Positions 29,364 through 38,871 of a stretch of DNA of 64,000 nt are shown here, piece by piece. Made by a program: the position numbers and the translations under genes. Location: the NCBI GenBank assembly GCA_963709345.1, contig CAVPVX010000004.1:96001-160000 (forward strand), written 5' to 3'. Under the pieces are notes generated by a model. The model made no database searches, was not told the DNA's origin, and saw only the letters and a list, made by a program, of their open reading frames with translations. The stretch is from an uncultured Actinomycetes bacterium (lineage in GTDB: Bacteria; Actinomycetota; Thermoleophilia; UBA2241). Positions within the stretch are counted from its first letter, which is position 1; every line of letters starts with the position of its first letter.

Positions 29364-30374
29364 ATGGTGGGGGCGACGGTGGCGGGTGACGTGGCGGATC
29401 ACGGTGTGCGGCGCCTGCGCATGGTCGAGGACCAACTCGTCGTTCGCGGCATCGACGACGAGGACGTCCTCGCGGCGATGCGCTCGGTACCGCGCCACCT
29501 CTTCGTTCCCGACGACGTCGTCGCGGAGGCCTATGCGGACACCCCCCTGCCCATCGGCTTGGGCCAGACCATCTCGCAGCCGTACATGGTCGCCCTCATG
29601 ACCGCGCTGCTCGAGGTGGACGTCCGCACCCGCGTCCTCGAGATCGGGTCCGGAAGCGGCTACCAGACGGCGGTGCTGGCCGAGTTGGCCGGCGAGGTCT
29701 GCGCGGTCGAACGGCTCGCCCCGCTCGCCGAGCGAGCCCGCATCGCGCTCGCTCGCCTGGGTTACGCCAACGTACGTCCGGCGATCGGGGACGGCGCCAG
29801 AGGATGGCACGAGCTGGCGCCGTTCCGGGGCATCCTGGTGGCCGCCGCCGCCGAGGAGCCCCCGCCGGAGTTGCTCGGCCAGCTCGCGGACGGTGGGCGG
29901 CTCGTGCTCCCGGTGGGGTGCGCGGGTGGCGATCAGGTGCTCACCGTCATCCGGCGCGACGGCGATGCGTTCATCGGGCAGGAGGACGTGCGCTGTCGGT
30001 TCGTGCCCTTGCTGCGCGATCCGGATCCGGATCGCCGCCGGGCCGCCGCTCTGCGCCGCGGCGATGAACGCGTCTCGCGACCCATCGGCGAGGAGGCGAC
30101 GACCGTGAAATGCGTTGATGTGCGGGTGAGCGGGACCGTGCAGGGAGTGTACTATCGGGCGAGCGCGCGCCGTGAGGGTGCGCTTCTCGGTCTGCGCGGC
30201 TGGGTGGGGAACGTGAGCGACGGTTCCGTCGTCTTGCGGCTCCAGGGCGAACCGGCTGCCGTCGACGCCATGCTCGACTGGTGTCGCATGGGGCCGCCGG
30301 CGGCCCGCGTGTCACGGCTGGAGGTGAGTGACGCCGAGGTCGATGAGTCACTGACGGGGTTCGAGGTGAGGTGA
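29364..30374 (+). CDS. pcm: Protein-L-isoaspartate O-methyltransferase in frame with an acylphosphatase (GTG at 30105)
   Basis: GQTISQPYMVA, VLEIGSGSGY, CRFVPL; then VSGTVQGVYYR..GWVGN..GPPAARV. Confidence 0.85.
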   Translation: MVGATVAGDVADHGVRRLRMVEDQLVVRGIDDEDVLAAMRSVPRHLFVPDDVVAEAYADTPLPIGLGQTISQPYMVALMTALLEVDVRTRVLEIGSGSGYQTAVLAELAGEVCAVERLAPLAERARIALARLGYANVRPAIGDGARGWHELAPFRGILVAAAAEEPPPELLGQLADGGRLVLPVGCAGGDQVLTVIRRDGDAFIGQEDVRCRFVPLLRDPDPDRRRAAALRRGDERVSRPIGEEATTVKCVDVRVSGTVQGVYYRASARREGALLGLRGWVGNVSDGSVVLRLQGEPAAVDAMLDWCRMGPPAARVSRLEVSDAEVDESLTGFEVR

Positions 30375-31067
30375 ATGGCAGACAACGATGGTGAGCAGGC
30401 GATCGCGCCGGTCTCGTTCGAGACGGTGCAGGGCGACCACGAGGTCCAGGTCTTCATTCGCAAGGCCGATGAGAACCTCAGCGTGCTCGGGTATACCGAG
30501 CACGGGCCGCGGCACTGCCGGATCGTCGCCGAGAGCGCCCGGAGGGTTCTGCTGCTACTGGGCTACCCCGAGCGTACCGCCGAGCTGGCGGCGATCGCGG
30601 GGTACCTGCATGATCTCGGCAACGGCATCAATCGCCTTGATCACGGCATCGCGGCGGCCTTGATCAGCCAGAGGGTGCTTGAGCGCCTCGGCATGCCGGC
30701 CGATGAGTACGCCGAGGTGATGTGCGCGATCGGCAACCACGAGGAGCAGTACGGTGAGGCCGTCAGCCCGCTGGCCGCCGCCGTCATCCTCGCCGACAAG
30801 AGCGACGTGCATCGCAGTCGGGTACGTGTCATCGACCCCGAAACAGACGACATCCACGACCGCGTGAACATGGCGACCACGCGGTCGCTTCTCTCGGTCG
30901 ACGGCGATGCGCGCACGATCACGCTCGACCTCGATATCGACACCGCCATCATCCAGTTGATGCAGTACTTCGAGATCTTCCTGGACCGCATGGTGATGTG
31001 CCGCAGGGCGGCCGAGTTCCTCGGCTGCCGTTTCGGCATCGTGATGAACGGCACGCGGCTGCTCTAG
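30375..31067 (+). CDS. HD-domain phosphohydrolase
   Basis: GYTEHGPRH, YLHDLGN, IGNHEE, LADKSDVHRSRV. Confidence 0.85.
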   Translation: MADNDGEQAIAPVSFETVQGDHEVQVFIRKADENLSVLGYTEHGPRHCRIVAESARRVLLLLGYPERTAELAAIAGYLHDLGNGINRLDHGIAAALISQRVLERLGMPADEYAEVMCAIGNHEEQYGEAVSPLAAAVILADKSDVHRSRVRVIDPETDDIHDRVNMATTRSLLSVDGDARTITLDLDIDTAIIQLMQYFEIFLDRMVMCRRAAEFLGCRFGIVMNGTRLL

Positions 31068-31140
31068 GGCCGTGGCGCCGCCGATCGCGGAGGCGCTGTG
31101 TGCCGGATTCGAGGACAACGCAAGTGAGTGGAGGTGTCAC

Positions 31141-31485
31141 GTGAGCAGAGCCGGAAGAAGGGCGGGCAGAGCCGCCACGACGGCCGGGAGCGGCGGACGC
31201 CGCGGCGGCTTCGTGTTCGGAGCGGTGATCGGCACGGTCGCCGGCCTGCTCCTCGCGCCGAAGAGCGGCAGGGAGATCCGCGACCAGCTCTTCGGCCAGG
31301 GCGCCCTGGGCGCTCAGGTCGACCGGATCAGGGGCGCCATCGGCGCGGGCAAAGACTCGGCCGCCGGCCAGAACGAGGAGCTGAAGCGCAAGATCGAAGA
31401 GACGCGCGAGCGGCTACGCCGGCAGATGGACGAGGGCGGCGAAGGCGCCGCCGGCGGTCCCGCCGCCGGCGCGCCGGTCGAGTGA
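31141..31485 (+). CDS. YtxH-domain protein
   Basis: GFVFGAVIGTVAGLLLAPKSGREIR; GGAGG RBS. Confidence 0.8.
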   Translation: MSRAGRRAGRAATTAGSGGRRGGFVFGAVIGTVAGLLLAPKSGREIRDQLFGQGALGAQVDRIRGAIGAGKDSAAGQNEELKRKIEETRERLRRQMDEGGEGAAGGPAAGAPVE

Positions 31486-31498
31486 CCTGCGCCGCCGG

Positions 31499-32344
31499 GT
31501 GAAGCACGCGCTGAAGGCGACCGCCGCCTGCGCTGCGGGCGCCGTCATCGGCGCCGTCTACATGCTGCACGAGGCGCAGTGGGTGCGGCGGGTCGACCGG
31601 CGCCTTCCGGCGCCGGACGCCGCCGCCGCGCTCGACGGCCTCGTGGTGGTCCAGCTCTCGGACTTCCACGCGGGGTTCGCGCCCAGCCTCAATCTGCGCG
31701 CGATGCGGAAGGCCGTGGATCTGGCGCTCGCGGCGGCGCCCGACCTGCTGCTGATCACCGGTGACTTCGCCGGAGGGCCGCACGGCTCACGGGAGTTCCA
31801 GCGGCAGCTGCGGCGTCTCACTGCTCCCTTGGGCGTCTACGGTGTCTTCGGCAATCACGACCACGGTGACAGCAAGGCGCCGTTCGTGCGGCCGACGGAC
31901 CCCGGTGTCGTCGCCGCCTGCGGGGTCCGTCTGCTCTGCAACGAGACGGCGAGCCTCGAGTGTCGCGGCGCCACCATCCAGATCGGCGGTATCGACGACA
32001 CCGATGGCGGCCACGACGACCTTGCCGCCGTTCTCGCAGCGCTGGACCGCCGGCCGGGCGTCCTGCGGCTGCTGCTCAGCCATCACGCCGAGGTCGTGCG
32101 GCGCACGGCGCCCGGCGACTTCCACCTCACGCTGTCGGGAGACACGCACGGCGGCCAGATCTGTCTGCCGCTTCCGGGCCGCCGGATCCTGCTGAGCGAC
32201 CTGGGCGCGGAGTTCGCGGAGGGCTTCTACGACGTCGAGGGTCGCCGGCTGTACGTGACGCGCGGTGTCGGCACCAGCATGCTCCCGCTGCGCGCCTTCT
32301 GCCGGCCGGAGGTCGTCGTGTTCCACGTGGAGGCCGGCGGATGA
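31499..32344 (+). CDS. Calcineurin-like metallophosphoesterase (YkuE-like)
   Basis: SDFH, TGDF, GNHD, LLSH, SGDTHGGQ, TRGVG. Confidence 0.88.
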   Translation: MKHALKATAACAAGAVIGAVYMLHEAQWVRRVDRRLPAPDAAAALDGLVVVQLSDFHAGFAPSLNLRAMRKAVDLALAAAPDLLLITGDFAGGPHGSREFQRQLRRLTAPLGVYGVFGNHDHGDSKAPFVRPTDPGVVAACGVRLLCNETASLECRGATIQIGGIDDTDGGHDDLAAVLAALDRRPGVLRLLLSHHAEVVRRTAPGDFHLTLSGDTHGGQICLPLPGRRILLSDLGAEFAEGFYDVEGRRLYVTRGVGTSMLPLRAFCRPEVVVFHVEAGG

Positions 32345-32733
32345 GGTCGCACGCGGGCCGGCCCTCCACACCGCTCCAAGCCCGGCCGGCACTGCGGCCT
32401 GCCGCCTGCGTGCTTGCGCTGGTGCTCGTGGCGCTGGCGGCCGCGACCCCTGTGCTCGGCGGGTGCGGCGGCGACGCCGACCCCTTCGCCGGCCTCTACT
32501 GGGAGCCCTCTTCTGGGCGTCGCGTCGAGATCCGCAAGGAGGGCGAGACGTACCGGCTCTTCTACGGCGCCGCCCAGCGGCCCTTCCTCGCCACGTGCGA
32601 GGGTGACGAGCTGCGTATCGCCGAGCCGATGGGTGGGAGCATCGTCGTCCGGCCCGGCGGCGAGGAAGGCATGCTCGAATTGCTGATCGCCGGCAAGACG
32701 ACTGTGCTCAAGCCGCTGCCGCAGCACCAGTAG
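32341..32733 (+). CDS. Hypothetical lipoprotein
   Basis: Signal peptide with LGGC; ATGA overlap with the previous gene. Confidence 0.65.
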   Translation: MRSHAGRPSTPLQARPALRPAACVLALVLVALAAATPVLGGCGGDADPFAGLYWEPSSGRRVEIRKEGETYRLFYGAAQRPFLATCEGDELRIAEPMGGSIVVRPGGEEGMLELLIAGKTTVLKPLPQHQ

Positions 32734-32774
32734 GCCGGCCGGCGCAGGCCATTCGGGCTCGCCGCGGCTCGTCG

Positions 32775-33911
32775 TCAGTCGCGCCCACCGAAGAGCCGCG
32801 TGAGCGGCGGCGACACGTTGTCGATGGCCGCCGTGGGGCACACCTCGGTACAGGCGAAGCAGCGCACGCAGAGCCCGTCGTCGTACACGGGAAGAGGATC
32901 CATCGCGATGGCGCGCGCGCCGCAGATGGCGGCGCACTCGTTGCAGCGGATGCACGCATCCGGGTCGACCAGACGTGGACGCGCGGTCACCAGGTTGCGG
33001 GTCGCCCGATGAAGCCACGGTGGGAGCAGTTCCTGTACGTCGCGACGCACGGGCTTGAAGCCGGCCTCCGCCGTGACCGCGTCGCCGGCGAGCCGGTAGG
33101 GGTCGTCGAGGTCGAGCAGGCCACGGCGCGCCGAAGCGGCGATGGTGTGGATCGCGCGGCGCTCGTGGCCGGTGCGGTCGGCGAGCGCCACGTCGAGCGC
33201 CAGCGCGTCCCGGGCGGCGAACAGGGAGCCGAGCTCGCGCGGCGACCCGCTGCCGGGTCCCTGGCCCTCCATGGCGATGATCCCGTCGATGATCGTGAAC
33301 CGTGGGCGCAGGGCCAGGTGGAGGTCGAGCAGCATGTCGGCGAAGTCGTCGCGGCGCTGGGCGCGCACGTGCAGGTGTGCCTTGGTGAGACCCGGGATGC
33401 AGCCGTACGTGAGCTTGACGCCGCCCGTAAGGCGCATGAGCTGGTGGGTCTTGAGCACGCCGACCTGGATGACGGCGTCGGCGTCGACGAACGCACGGCC
33501 GACGGGGAATCGGCGGTAGAGCCGGCCCTCGGGAGCGTCGAGCGACACCTTGTCGTCCTCGACGTCGACGATCCGGACGTTCTCGGCGGCGCACACCGCG
33601 GCGAGGCCGCTCACCTTGTAGGCGCGCGCCACCTTGGCGGGGCCGTTCAGGCCGCCGGGGCTGTCGGCGACGAAGGGGTCGGCCCCGGCCTCCTTGAGCG
33701 CATGGAGTACGCAGCCCAGCGTCTCCGGGTGTGTGGTGACGGCCTTCTCCGGGGCGGCGGCGCGGAGCAGGTTGATCTTGACGGCGACGCGTTCACCAGG
33801 GTGGATGATCTGCGCCCAGCCGCCGAACGGTTCGACGAGGCGCTCGAGCGAGGTTTGCAGCCCCGATCCGTGCGCGGCACGCACGTGAGAGACGAGTGAG
33901 GGGGCGCTCAC
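32775..33911 (-). CDS. DUF362 protein with C-terminal 2x[4Fe-4S] ferredoxin domain
   Basis: VKINLL, TTHP, LKTH, MEGQGP; CIRCNECAAIC and CVRCFACTEVCP. Confidence 0.88.
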   Translation of the reverse strand: MSAPSLVSHVRAAHGSGLQTSLERLVEPFGGWAQIIHPGERVAVKINLLRAAAPEKAVTTHPETLGCVLHALKEAGADPFVADSPGGLNGPAKVARAYKVSGLAAVCAAENVRIVDVEDDKVSLDAPEGRLYRRFPVGRAFVDADAVIQVGVLKTHQLMRLTGGVKLTYGCIPGLTKAHLHVRAQRRDDFADMLLDLHLALRPRFTIIDGIIAMEGQGPGSGSPRELGSLFAARDALALDVALADRTGHERRAIHTIAASARRGLLDLDDPYRLAGDAVTAEAGFKPVRRDVQELLPPWLHRATRNLVTARPRLVDPDACIRCNECAAICGARAIAMDPLPVYDDGLCVRCFACTEVCPTAAIDNVSPPLTRLFGGRD

Positions 33912-34498
33912 CGCTGCGGCTTCTGCGCCACGATCACGTTGTGGTACAGCCCGATCTCGCCCGGGCCGTGAAGGGAGAGCTCCTTGAGACCGAGCTCGGC
34001 GATGAGGGCGCGCACCTTGCTGAGGGGGAGGACCCGAGCATTCGGCGGGCCGACCGGCCGGTCCATGCGCGCGAACTCCGCGGTGACGAGCAGTCCTCCG
34101 GCCGCGAGCAGGCGCGCCATCTCGGCGAGCGTCGCCGGGTCATCGTGGACGTGGTGCAGCACGTTGACGACGAGCATGCGCTCGGCGACGCCGTCGGGCA
34201 GTGGGACGACGCCATTCTCGCCGAGCACTGGCCGCACGCGCCCGTCGACGTCGTCGGTCGGCAGCTTCGCGCGCAGGCGCGCGAGCATCTCCGGCTGCGT
34301 GTCGACTGCCAGGACGTGGCCGTTGGGCAGCGCAGCGGCGATCGGGAGGGAGTACATGCCGCTGCCGGCGCCGAAGTCGACGACCGTCTCCGCGCCGCCC
34401 AGCTGAAGGAGCTCCACGAGCTTCGCGGGTGGCAGTTCGACGAGGCGCTCGGGATTCTCGAGCTTGTCGGCGTGCCTGACGTCGAACGGCTCGGCCAC
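33908..34498 (-). CDS. Class I SAM-dependent methyltransferase
   Basis: VVDFGAGSG, AVD, VLHHV, GPP. Confidence 0.85.
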   Translation of the reverse strand: MAEPFDVRHADKLENPERLVELPPAKLVELLQLGGAETVVDFGAGSGMYSLPIAAALPNGHVLAVDTQPEMLARLRAKLPTDDVDGRVRPVLGENGVVPLPDGVAERMLVVNVLHHVHDDPATLAEMARLLAAGGLLVTAEFARMDRPVGPPNARVLPLSKVRALIAELGLKELSLHGPGEIGLYHNVIVAQKPQR

Positions 34499-34515
34499 GT
34501 GCCTCACGGCCTCAG

Positions 34516-34806
34516 CTACTTGGCGCAGCGGGCGTACTTGAGAAACGCCTCGAGGGCCTTCTCGACCGCCTCGGAAGAGGCGATTGGCGCGCTCGTCTCT
34601 TCGTTCAGGCACTCGCGCATCTTCATCGAGATGAGGATCACGCCCACGCGGTCCAGCGCCGCCTTGGTAGCTGCGAGCTGGGTGAAGACCTCTTCGCAGG
34701 GACGGCCCTGCTCGATCATGCGCTGCAGGCCGCGGGATTGGCCCTCGACGCGACGCAGGCGATTGATCAAGCGGGCGGACTCTTCCGTCTCCATGTACTC
34801 TTCCAC
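34516..34806 (-). CDS. CsoR/RcnR-family repressor (CstR-like)
   Basis: NRLRRVEGQSRGLQRMIEQGRPCEEVFTQLAA...MRECL. Confidence 0.88.
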   Translation of the reverse strand: MEEYMETEESARLINRLRRVEGQSRGLQRMIEQGRPCEEVFTQLAATKAALDRVGVILISMKMRECLNEETSAPIASSEAVEKALEAFLKYARCAK

Positions 34807-34815
34807 GCGGCGACC

Positions 34816-34832
34816 ATACTCCCCGGGGCTAT
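34816..34832. promoter_or_regulatory. Putative CsoR-family operator overlapping the -10 box
   Basis: ATACTCCCCGGGGCTAT, a TAC / C-G tract pseudo-palindrome; a second similar site at 34872-34888. Confidence 0.55.
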
Positions 34833-34927
34833 CGGAGACAATACCGTGAAACCCTGAGCCTGCGTGAAGAGGTACCCGGTTCCGGTATGGGTACTGCGAG
34901 CCGTCCGCGGCGCCTACCGGCGACGGC

Positions 34928-35788
34928 TCACTCGAGTCGCCGCAGGTGGTCGTCCGCCAGGCAGCGGAGATCGGCGAGTACGGCGTCGGGCACGGGGTCG
35001 CCGCCTGACCCCACGCCGAGCCGCGCGTTCGGCTTCACCGCGCCGTGGAAGTCCGATCCGCCGGTGGCGACGAGCCCGTACTTGGCGGCGAGCCGCAGGC
35101 AGGCGGCGACCGTCTCGTCGTCGTGCAGCGGGTAGTAGCACTCGATGCCCGCGAGCCCGGCGCGCACGGCGTCACGGACGATCCGTTCGAGGCCGGCGGC
35201 GTCGGTGTGGATGAGGCCGGGGTGCGCGAGGACGGGCAGTCCGCCGGAGGAGCGAAGGAGGCGCAGCGCGGCGCCCAGCGCGAGCCGGCGGCGGTCGACC
35301 CAGGCGGGCGCGCCGCGGCGCAGGTGGAGGTCGAAGGCCTCCCTGATCGTGTCCGCGTACCCGCGCCGCACCATCGCCTCGGCGATGTGCGGCCGGCCGA
35401 CGGCGCCGTGCTCGGCCGCGGCGTCGAGATCCGAAGGGCCGAGCGGCATCCCGAGTGCGGCCAGCCGCTCGAGCATGCGTGCGTTGCGCTCATCGCGGTA
35501 GGTCCGCAGTTCGGCGAGTTCGGCTTTGAGCTCGTCGGTCGGGCAGCCCCCGAGGAAATAGCCGAGCATGTCCATGGTGACGCGGTCGTGTTCGAGGTTG
35601 ATCTCGATCCCGGGCACCACTTCGATGCCGAGGCGCTCGCCGGCAGCCAGCGCCTCGGGCAGGCCGTCGACTGTATCGTGGTCGGTGACGGCGACGGCCG
35701 AGAGGCCCGTCGCCGCTGCGGCTGCCACGAGCTCCATCGGGGTGAGCGAGCCGTCTGAGTATGTCGTGTGGGTGTGCAGGTCGATCAC
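34928..35788 (-). CDS. PHP-domain phosphoesterase (TrpH/YciV-like)
   Basis: DLHTHTTYSDG, TDHD, GRPH, LAHP, GGSDFHG. Confidence 0.9.
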   Translation of the reverse strand: MIDLHTHTTYSDGSLTPMELVAAAAATGLSAVAVTDHDTVDGLPEALAAGERLGIEVVPGIEINLEHDRVTMDMLGYFLGGCPTDELKAELAELRTYRDERNARMLERLAALGMPLGPSDLDAAAEHGAVGRPHIAEAMVRRGYADTIREAFDLHLRRGAPAWVDRRRLALGAALRLLRSSGGLPVLAHPGLIHTDAAGLERIVRDAVRAGLAGIECYYPLHDDETVAACLRLAAKYGLVATGGSDFHGAVKPNARLGVGSGGDPVPDAVLADLRCLADDHLRRLE

Positions 35789-35982
35789 GTGCCAAGCGTA
35801 CCCCAAGGCGCCGGGTCCGGCTTGCGTGACGCCGGGCGCGACGCTCGTGGCGCCCGCCCGGCATGTCTGTCGCGAACGCCGTCCGTGTGCGGCTTGGGGA
35901 TAAGATGCGGGTGGAGCGCGGTCCGTCGCGACGGTGGGTCGCTCTCCCCGTCCTGCCACTCTTCTCCTCCTGGAGGTCTGCG

Positions 35983-37032
35983 ATGCGCATCGGGATGATC
36001 GCACCGCCCTGGTTCCCCCTTCCGCCGCAGCGGTACGGCGGCATCGAGTTCGTCGTCAGTCTGCTCACCGAGGGGCTCGTCGCCCGCGGTCACGACGTCA
36101 CGTTGTTCGCGAGCGGCGACTCGCGGACGGAGGCGCGTCTCAGCTACATCTTCGCTCGCGCCCCGTTCGAGCAGATCGAGATGGGTGGGCACCTCGAGGT
36201 CACGCACAGTCTCGAGGCCTACAAGCTGGCACGGCAGTTCGATGTCATCCACGATCACGACGGGCTCGCGAGCCGCGCCATGGGCGCCCTCGTCCACGAA
36301 CTCGTCGGCACACCCGTCGTCGCCACCCTCCACGGTCCCGCCGACCGCATGACCCAGGAGATGCTGAGCGCCCTGCGCCACGACCTCGCCTTCATCGCCA
36401 TCTCCGAGTACCAGCGCAACGGGTTCCCCGACCTGCGCTTCGCGGCCACGATCCCCAACGCGATCGACGTGGAGCACATGCCGTTCGACACCGTGAAGGA
36501 CGACTACTTCCTCTTCATCGGCCGTATGACGGCCGACAAGGGCGCTCACACGGCGATCGAGGTCGCGCGCCGACTGGGCGCCCGGCTCATCATGGCCGGC
36601 AAGGTCAACGAGGGGCCGGAGCGGGAGTTCTTCGCCGCCGAGGTCGAGCCGCATCTCTCGGACAACGTCCACTTCCGCGGCGAGGTCGACCACGAGACCA
36701 AGGTCGAGCTGTACAGGCGCGCCCGCTGCACTCTCTTCCCGATCCAGTGGCCGGAGCCCTTCGGCCTGGTCATGATCGAGTCGCTCGCGTGCGGCACTCC
36801 GGTCATCGCCATGCGCCAGGGCTCGGTGCCGGAGGTGATCGAGCACGGGCGCACCGGGTTCATAGTCGAGTCCGCCGACGAGATGGTGGAGGCGGCGCGC
36901 CACATCGACGAGATCGATCCGGCGGAGTGCCGCCGCGCCGTCGAGGAGCGCTTCGGCAGCGACTCCTTCATCTCCGCTCACGAGGCCGCCTACCGCCGGC
37001 TGCTCGAGGCTGGTCCGGCGGACCGCGAGTGA
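35983..37032 (+). CDS. Glycosyltransferase family 4
   Basis: PPQRYGGIE, FIGRMTADKG, EPFGLVMIESLACGTPV; GGAGG RBS. Confidence 0.9.
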   Translation: MRIGMIAPPWFPLPPQRYGGIEFVVSLLTEGLVARGHDVTLFASGDSRTEARLSYIFARAPFEQIEMGGHLEVTHSLEAYKLARQFDVIHDHDGLASRAMGALVHELVGTPVVATLHGPADRMTQEMLSALRHDLAFIAISEYQRNGFPDLRFAATIPNAIDVEHMPFDTVKDDYFLFIGRMTADKGAHTAIEVARRLGARLIMAGKVNEGPEREFFAAEVEPHLSDNVHFRGEVDHETKVELYRRARCTLFPIQWPEPFGLVMIESLACGTPVIAMRQGSVPEVIEHGRTGFIVESADEMVEAARHIDEIDPAECRRAVEERFGSDSFISAHEAAYRRLLEAGPADRE

Positions 37033-37126
37033 CCCGGCCGCGGGTCCCCACCCGAAAGCCGGACGTGGTGCCGTTTGCCCCGTCGCGTTCTTGTCGTCGT
37101 CCGGGCCCGACGGTAGGGTGGGTGGC

Positions 37127-38566
37127 ATGAAGCTGCCGTACGACGACGTCCACCTGATCGCCGACCCGCTCTACGGCTACCTGCGCATCACGCTCTCCCG
37201 CGCCGGCGAGATCGCCGAACCCGACGTCATCGACAACCCCTGGGTGCAGCGCCTCAAGCGCATCCACCAGCTGCAGAGCTCGTGGTGGGTCTTCCCGACC
37301 GCCGAGCACAGCCGCTTCGCCCACAGCCTCGGCACCATGCACCTCGCCGGGGAGCTCGCGCGCCAGGTCTACCCGACGCTGGTCGACGTCGAGCCGGGCA
37401 CGCCGTCGCTCCCGCTGGTCGAGGAGACGCTGCGCATGGCCGGCCTGCTTCACGACCTCGGGCACGGTCCGTTCAGCCACTTCTGTGACGAGCACTACTT
37501 CCTGCCCGCCTTCGGCGTCGACCACGAGCGCATCTCCCAGCACCTCATCGTGAACGAGCTCGGGTCGCTGCTCGCCGAGTTGCGGCGCAGCCCGTCGGGG
37601 TCGTTCGCCGCCGACGAGGCCGTCGACCCTTGGCACGTCGCTTTTCTCGTGCGCGCGGAGGAAGGAGGGAGCGGCGGGGCCGCAGGCTCAGCCGCCGCCC
37701 CGGCCGCATCCTCCGCCGCCGGCCGCATCCCCCGCTGGGTCCGGCTGCTGCACCGGGCGCTCTCCGGCGCGGTCACCGTCGACAACCTCGACTACGTGCG
37801 CCGCGACGCCGCGATGTGCGGCGTCGGTCTCGGGCCCATCGACGTCGACCGCCTCATCTACTACACACTCTGCACCGCCGACGGCCTCACATTCCACAAG
37901 CGCGCGCTCAGCTCGCTCCGCGCGTTTCTCAACGCGCGCTTCTACATGTACGAGAACGTCTACTTCCACCGCATCGGTCACGCCATCGACCTGCACCTGC
38001 ACGAGATCTTCCGGCCGACCATGGAGCTCGTCCTGCCCGAGAGTCCGCTCGACGACCTCGACGCCTACAGGCGGCTCAGCGAGTGGTCGCTGTTCACCAA
38101 CGTGGAGGCGTGGCTCGACGAGCCCCTTCACAGCCGGCGCCGCGCGCTCGCGGAGGAGTGGCAGAGCATCATCCACCGCCACGTCAAGTACAGCATGGTG
38201 TACGAGCACCACGTCGAGCGGCAGCAGCCGCTGCCGGCCGCCCGCGACCTCACGCGCGACGAGTTCCACGCCGCGATCCTGCGGCACCTGCCGCCGGACG
38301 CGCGGGGCATCGAGTTCGTGGTCGACATCGCCTCGCAGGATCCGCGGCCGCTCAACCCGTTCGTCGGGCCCAAGCGGCTGGCGGTCTACGACCCCGCGAC
38401 CGGCGGCATCGAGGAGCAGTTGCTCAGCGGCATCCTGGAGTTCGTGCCGGCCAAGGCCCACCTGTACCGGGTCTTCGCCGTTGGCCGCGAGAACGAGCGC
38501 GAGCTCGCCCTCGCGGCCCGGGCCGCGCTCGGCGAAGTCGAGCCGCAGAGCCTCATCAACCTGTAG
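37127..38566 (+). CDS. HD-domain dNTP triphosphohydrolase-like protein (YwfO/SAMHD1-like)
   Basis: QRLKRIHQL, HSRFAHSLG, LLHDLGHGPFSH, DNLDYVRRD, VYFH. Confidence 0.88.
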   Translation: MKLPYDDVHLIADPLYGYLRITLSRAGEIAEPDVIDNPWVQRLKRIHQLQSSWWVFPTAEHSRFAHSLGTMHLAGELARQVYPTLVDVEPGTPSLPLVEETLRMAGLLHDLGHGPFSHFCDEHYFLPAFGVDHERISQHLIVNELGSLLAELRRSPSGSFAADEAVDPWHVAFLVRAEEGGSGGAAGSAAAPAASSAAGRIPRWVRLLHRALSGAVTVDNLDYVRRDAAMCGVGLGPIDVDRLIYYTLCTADGLTFHKRALSSLRAFLNARFYMYENVYFHRIGHAIDLHLHEIFRPTMELVLPESPLDDLDAYRRLSEWSLFTNVEAWLDEPLHSRRRALAEEWQSIIHRHVKYSMVYEHHVERQQPLPAARDLTRDEFHAAILRHLPPDARGIEFVVDIASQDPRPLNPFVGPKRLAVYDPATGGIEEQLLSGILEFVPAKAHLYRVFAVGRENERELALAARAALGEVEPQSLINL

Positions 38567-38631
38567 GCCGCGGGGCGCCGGGCCCCGGAGCGATCACCCG
38601 CGGCGGACCTCGGCGCGGTGTTCTCACCGGC

Positions 38632-38871
38632 TCAGATGCCGCCTCCCACGGTCAGCCACAGCATCCCGGCGATCATCAGTACGATCACGACGATGAGTGC
38701 GATGAGGAAGAGGTCGATGAATGGGGGTCCGGCGAGTCGCGCCCTCTGCGGCCGCGTACGTGCCGGCGCCGTCTGCTTGCGTGGGGAGGGCCGCCGCGAC
38801 GGCGACCGTGACGGAGTCTTGGACGCGGCGCGAGCTCGTGCGCGGGAACCGGTCGTCCTCTTGCGGCTCAT
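38632..38871 (-). CDS. Small basic protein with C-terminal TM helix
   Basis: ATGA overlap with the fumC stop; [23 protein letters not shown]. Confidence 0.6.
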   Translation of the reverse strand: MSRKRTTGSRARARAASKTPSRSPSRRPSPRKQTAPARTRPQRARLAGPPFIDLFLIALIVVIVLMIAGMLWLTVGGGI

